DNA of 64,000 bases, taken from positions 10,416,001-10,480,000 of the forward strand of contig NC_134025.1 of assembly GCF_964204645.1 (NCBI RefSeq), written 5' to 3'. Under the pieces are notes generated by a model. It searched no databases. It was not told the origin of the DNA and saw nothing but the letters and a program-made list of their open reading frames with translations. Source of the stretch: Tubulanus polymorphus. Taxonomy: Eukaryota; Animalia; Nemertea. The position numbers and the translations under genes were made by a program. This document shows positions 59,677 through 64,000 of the stretch, in pieces (position 1 is the first letter of the stretch; each line of letters starts with the position of its first letter).

Positions 59677-61926
59677 TTTCTCCGCAGATATCTCGCAGCA
59701 GACGTCGATGAAAATTGTTTGTTTTTTTCTTATCGTTTTATCACCTTTTATGAACAGATTCTCGTAATCTTTTCGCCGTACTATACTAACAGTCAGCGGT
59801 TGATTCTTATACGTATGTAAACACAGTAAAGTTTGGCGAGCTGTTACGTGGCTGAAAACCGGTTAGTTAATCAAAATATCTCCGGTGATCAGGATGTTTT
59901 CACATCGGACCGATTAATCGTTTTCTATTTATTGGCTACGCTCCGTAATCGGCTTCTCCACCCCTTTTGCAAAATATTGATAACCGTGGATGACAGCCGT
60001 TTTATCAGCCAATCAATGGCCTCGTTGCACAATGGTTAGAGCCCGGGGCATTGTTCGGTGTCATACAAATCATGGTAGACTTTGCTTCGGCTCGTCGCCA
60101 CTAATAGGCGCTTCTTTTCTCGCAGTTTATGCTCGAAATTAGATATTAATACATTACCGCTCTTTCGGAATTGCCGCATTATGTCGGGAAAACGTTTGAT
60201 TGGCAGCAAACCGGCGAGATGCTAACCGACAGGAATCAGCTTTAAAGCCGCCGAGAACTGATTCAATTATTGACGATGAGAAGCGTCACATCTTTTCTTA
60301 TAGATAAACAGAACAACCCGAGGATAGCACCGTGTTTAATACCAGTTCCAAAACGCTTTGCATCGCATTACAAAACAGAATATTGGATATTTTTTTCTAA
60401 GACGACTGGGGCGCATAGAAGGTGGAAAAGTTAATTATTACAACATCAGAACTTTTCTCACTAATACAAGAGGACCCACATTGTCATGAGAATGCATTTA
60501 GCGAAAATCGTATCCACATCATAGAAAATGTTTGTGGGATCCATTTTGATGATTAGAATAACGATCCGTTCACATATACTATGTATATATGAAGTATCCT
60601 ATCGTCTGCTCTTGCCTACAGACTGGTTTTGTTTAAAACATCATGTTCAAAAATCGTATCGATATCGTTCGCGAAAAAACCTTTTTACCTCTAAAAAATA
60701 TTCGACGTTTTGATATTCATGAATCGGATCAGTCAGGAAGGGATGCAGACAAATGAAACGGCTACTATGCGCGCCTGGTTCATTTTATGATGATGTCAGC
60801 ACATAAAATATTTCCTTCCAGCGAATTATTTCTAATTAACAAACTAATAAATGCAATGGAGGTTGCGACGAGAGGCCGGTTTTTGTTGCGCGCACGGTCA
60901 CATTCAATGGGCTAATAAGTCCAATTGAGAACAACTTTACGCCGGTTTAAGGTATGGAGGCTGCACTTGAAAACTGAAGATGAAGCCCGTCGTCGTAATT
61001 CAAACGGTGACAATTGCATTTTACAAAGAAACGAGAAAAGAACTAATGTAACGCGACTTTCAATAGAATGCGTCGACGTAACATAGACGCTTATTCAATA
61101 GTTCGTCTGTTTACGAATTGTACTCTCGGGGAGGGTTTCGAACTGATTTTCCGAGAACGTGTTTAACTAATTAGCATATTATATCAGATAAACAAGACTT
61201 TTTTGGAAGCGTAATAAAACTTTAAACATATATTTTCTCAAAATACCGAAGTTCTGAATCGTTTTTAATTAAGATCTGGTGTTTTGGTGTGTGAATTGTT
61301 CCCCTCGCCGAAGGCACCCTGCCGACAATTTTAACTAGCGCAGCCTCCATCCAGGACCATTCAGTCGTAAAAAGTTTCATTAAGAATCACAGCGGTTTCC
61401 AACTGTGTTTTAGTCAGCGTCGAACAGAACTTTTCATCCTCAGTCATTTATACTACAATTTTGCGACCACGTTTTTCTAAAGGACTGATAATATTTCACG
61501 ACGCCGCGAATAAGAAACTCGATAGCCTTAGGTCACAGGACGGAGGAAGTTTCAATGGGTACGGCAATCTAAAAATACAGAAATCGCACAAAGACGTCTT
61601 GAAGCTGTATGAAAATTTGGAAGTATTTGCCTCCCGAGATCAATTTACCGTAACTCCGGTAAAACAGACCATTCACTGAAGCGCCGAACCGGGTGGGTTG
61701 ATAACTTTAAATGATGATTTTACATTGCCCGTAATCGTCAAGCGAATTCATTTCGTGGATCCAAACTGGTTATCATATCGTCACAGTTTTAGCGTTGAAA
61801 GCATAATGGTGGATGGTGGAATAACCACACTCTGACGTGGAGAACAGATAATGAGTTTAAACTCATTATTTACAGAATTCATAAGATTAAAAACTAATTT
61901 CATTCCTCGAGATTTAAAATCAAAAT

Positions 61927-61968
61927 ACACGACGTTTCGAACTCCCACTAGATATCATCGTCAGGTGC
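61927..61968 (-). ncRNA. Minimal type I hammerhead ribozyme motif (possibly degenerate), of the kind associated with Penelope-like elements
   Basis: Minus strand reads GCAC-CUGACGA-U-GAUAUCUAGUGGGAGUUC-GAAA-CG-UC-GUGU: core boxes CUGANGA, GAAA and GUC, stem I GCAC/GUGU, palindromic ACGU in place of stem III. Stem II is imperfect. Confidence 0.6.
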
Positions 61969-61991
61969 GAGGGAAAAACTAGGAACGAGGT

Positions 61992-62051
61992 TAGCCTGAA
62001 TACCAGACGTTGTTACGGTCCCCTGGGGAACAACGGCTAGATACTAGACTA
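61992..62051. mobile_element. 60-bp hairpin MITE with apparent TSD
   Basis: TAGCCTGAATACCAGACGTTGTT / AACAACGGCTAGATACTAGACTA. The adjacent 10-mers GGAACGAGGT and AAAACGAGGT match 8/10. Confidence 0.65.
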
Positions 62052-64000
62052 AAAACGAGGTGGATGTGGATGGATATCCTTACATACAATACCTTCAGAT
62101 GTGAGTGCAGTTTTATTTTGGTCCTTATACAACCAAGCTAAAAAATTAAGGTTCGATCAAATGTTGTTCTAATGCGCAGGGCACTGGCTTCGCGCCTACG
62201 TCTTCGCTTCAACATCCTCGGCGAGACGAGAGTATAAAATCGCAGATGACGAAAAAAACCGAAGCGCACGAGCATAAAACATCAATTTCGAGAAACAGCG
62301 ATATGTCGTCTGCGTTTGAAATTAGAGACTTCGTGGCTGTTATTAGTTTATGCCATTAAACGAAAACCGCGTGTACGTGATATGATTCCGATTCAATTAT
62401 CAAGAAGAGCCGTTGCGCTCATCAGAAAGAATATTGTTTAATTAGGGCTAATTAAACTTTGTTACAAGGCCCTTGCGGTAACCATCTGCGCCGTACAAGG
62501 AGCATAAATTGACATGAACAGACATCTGTAAACAATAGACACGTGCCTTATGGATATGCACGTTATATTACGAATTGTCGGTACCAGAAAATTGCGCTCA
62601 TCAGTACCGAGCCTCAATATAGTGTCGCATACAATATGAACGAAAAAACAATTTTCTATTCGAAAACTTTGACTTTATTGCGTAATGATACGTTTTTGTC
62701 TTTTTACAACTGGAAATGAATAAATGTCTGTGCCAGCGGGTCGTTCAAAGATAGTATTAATAAAATCTTAGGGACTGGTTTTTAGATTGAAGGAATCAGA
62801 GATTTAAAGTTGAGAGCTTGTTTTCGAACCAAAATGAATACTGTATTTTCTGACCAAAGACGAAAGTTGAATTATGAGATTATGCAACTACTATAGAGGA
62901 TGGTTTCCCTTGATTCATCAAAAGTGCGAATCAAGATGCCTTCTTCGAAAGTAAAGTCCACCGCCACGAGATATCGTGAGAAGAAATCTGCGTCGTATCT
63001 CGTCGAATTGAATTAAGAGAATGACCGGGGTTTAGCGGGGGTGCGTATATCGTGATCCGGGCCTTTGTATACCGGTGAATTATTCGCCACGTTCCTCGAT
63101 AATGGCCATGCGAATATCATTAATTAGAGCGAAACCGGCAGTTTTCTAACGAACTAAGTAGATATGACCAATTTTCATCGCATTGTTGCACCGCGAATGC
63201 GCCCGATATGGGGTTGTTATTGCGAGTATGGTCTTCCGAGTAATTATCTGGCCGTCTTTTAAAACTTTGCTCACGCCGTCGACTTGCGCCGCTTAAAAGG
63301 AAGCCGAGAAGATGTCCGACTAAAAGGCAATTTGAGTATTTGTGATCATCGTGAAGCCGTTGAAGAACAAAGAAACCCTAAAACACAGCACGCACTCAAC
63401 TAATATACCAAAATTGACGCAGATTTGAAGAAAATATAAGAAAGTTCATGTTCAATTTGGCCAGACAGGTACATTTGAAACACACATTTTAATCACATTA
63501 TAAATAAAAAGACTTGTAAAAGTGTATTAACTTTAAGTTCTTTTTTCCTTTTTCTTCCTATCTTATTATTGCTTTTGTCTGGCGGTTATTGCGGTTAAGA
63601 CCGCGTATGAAAACTCTATCAATGTCTAATCCTATTTCGTCGATTGTGGACGGATTGAAAAGTAAATAATATATTCGTTAAGGTCAACAATGCTCGACAA
63701 AATAGCCGGGCATTTTCGATGAGTTTACGTCCAGGTTTTTACACTAAGAAGCTAATCGGAACTAATTGGGCCCGAGTTTACAACGTCGCCGAGAAAGCAA
63801 GCTCTTGAAAAATGAATCGGCTATTGAGTAGTAGTGGCCTCTTTTATAGACGGGTTTATTGTCCGTCGATTTCCTTAAGGAAAACGTCTGCAACTTCGGC
63901 GAAGCCATTTACTCCGGTTTTTCGACTAATAAGCTTTTGAAGAGCGGAACCCATTCGGAAGGTTATTTAGGCGTGTTTGAAGAGGTCCCCCGTCTGTCCC

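Overview
This is eukaryotic, intron-rich, AT-rich DNA from an invertebrate animal; CpG is not visibly depleted and the species cannot be determined. Positions 1-7736 hold the last 25 coding exons of a stand-alone, NAG-dependent-type carbamoyl-phosphate synthetase (CPS1/CPS III-like, not CAD). The rest is a cluster of three complete Vsx (Chx10/ceh-10, CVC paired-like) homeobox genes, here called A (+, 13789-27732), B (+, 34804-42867) and C (-, 59676-50619). They share a 5-exon structure and sit in long non-coding stretches with several MITE families. Main observations: an apparent gene-conversion tract between A and C inside the homeobox, a WYQN (F49Y) recognition helix in A, TALE-decamer-like sites upstream of all three genes, a candidate Vsx/LIM composite site, inverted MITE copies bracketing B, and a minimal hammerhead ribozyme motif near 61.95 kb. 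All gene models and counts were read by eye; no alignments or database searches were run.
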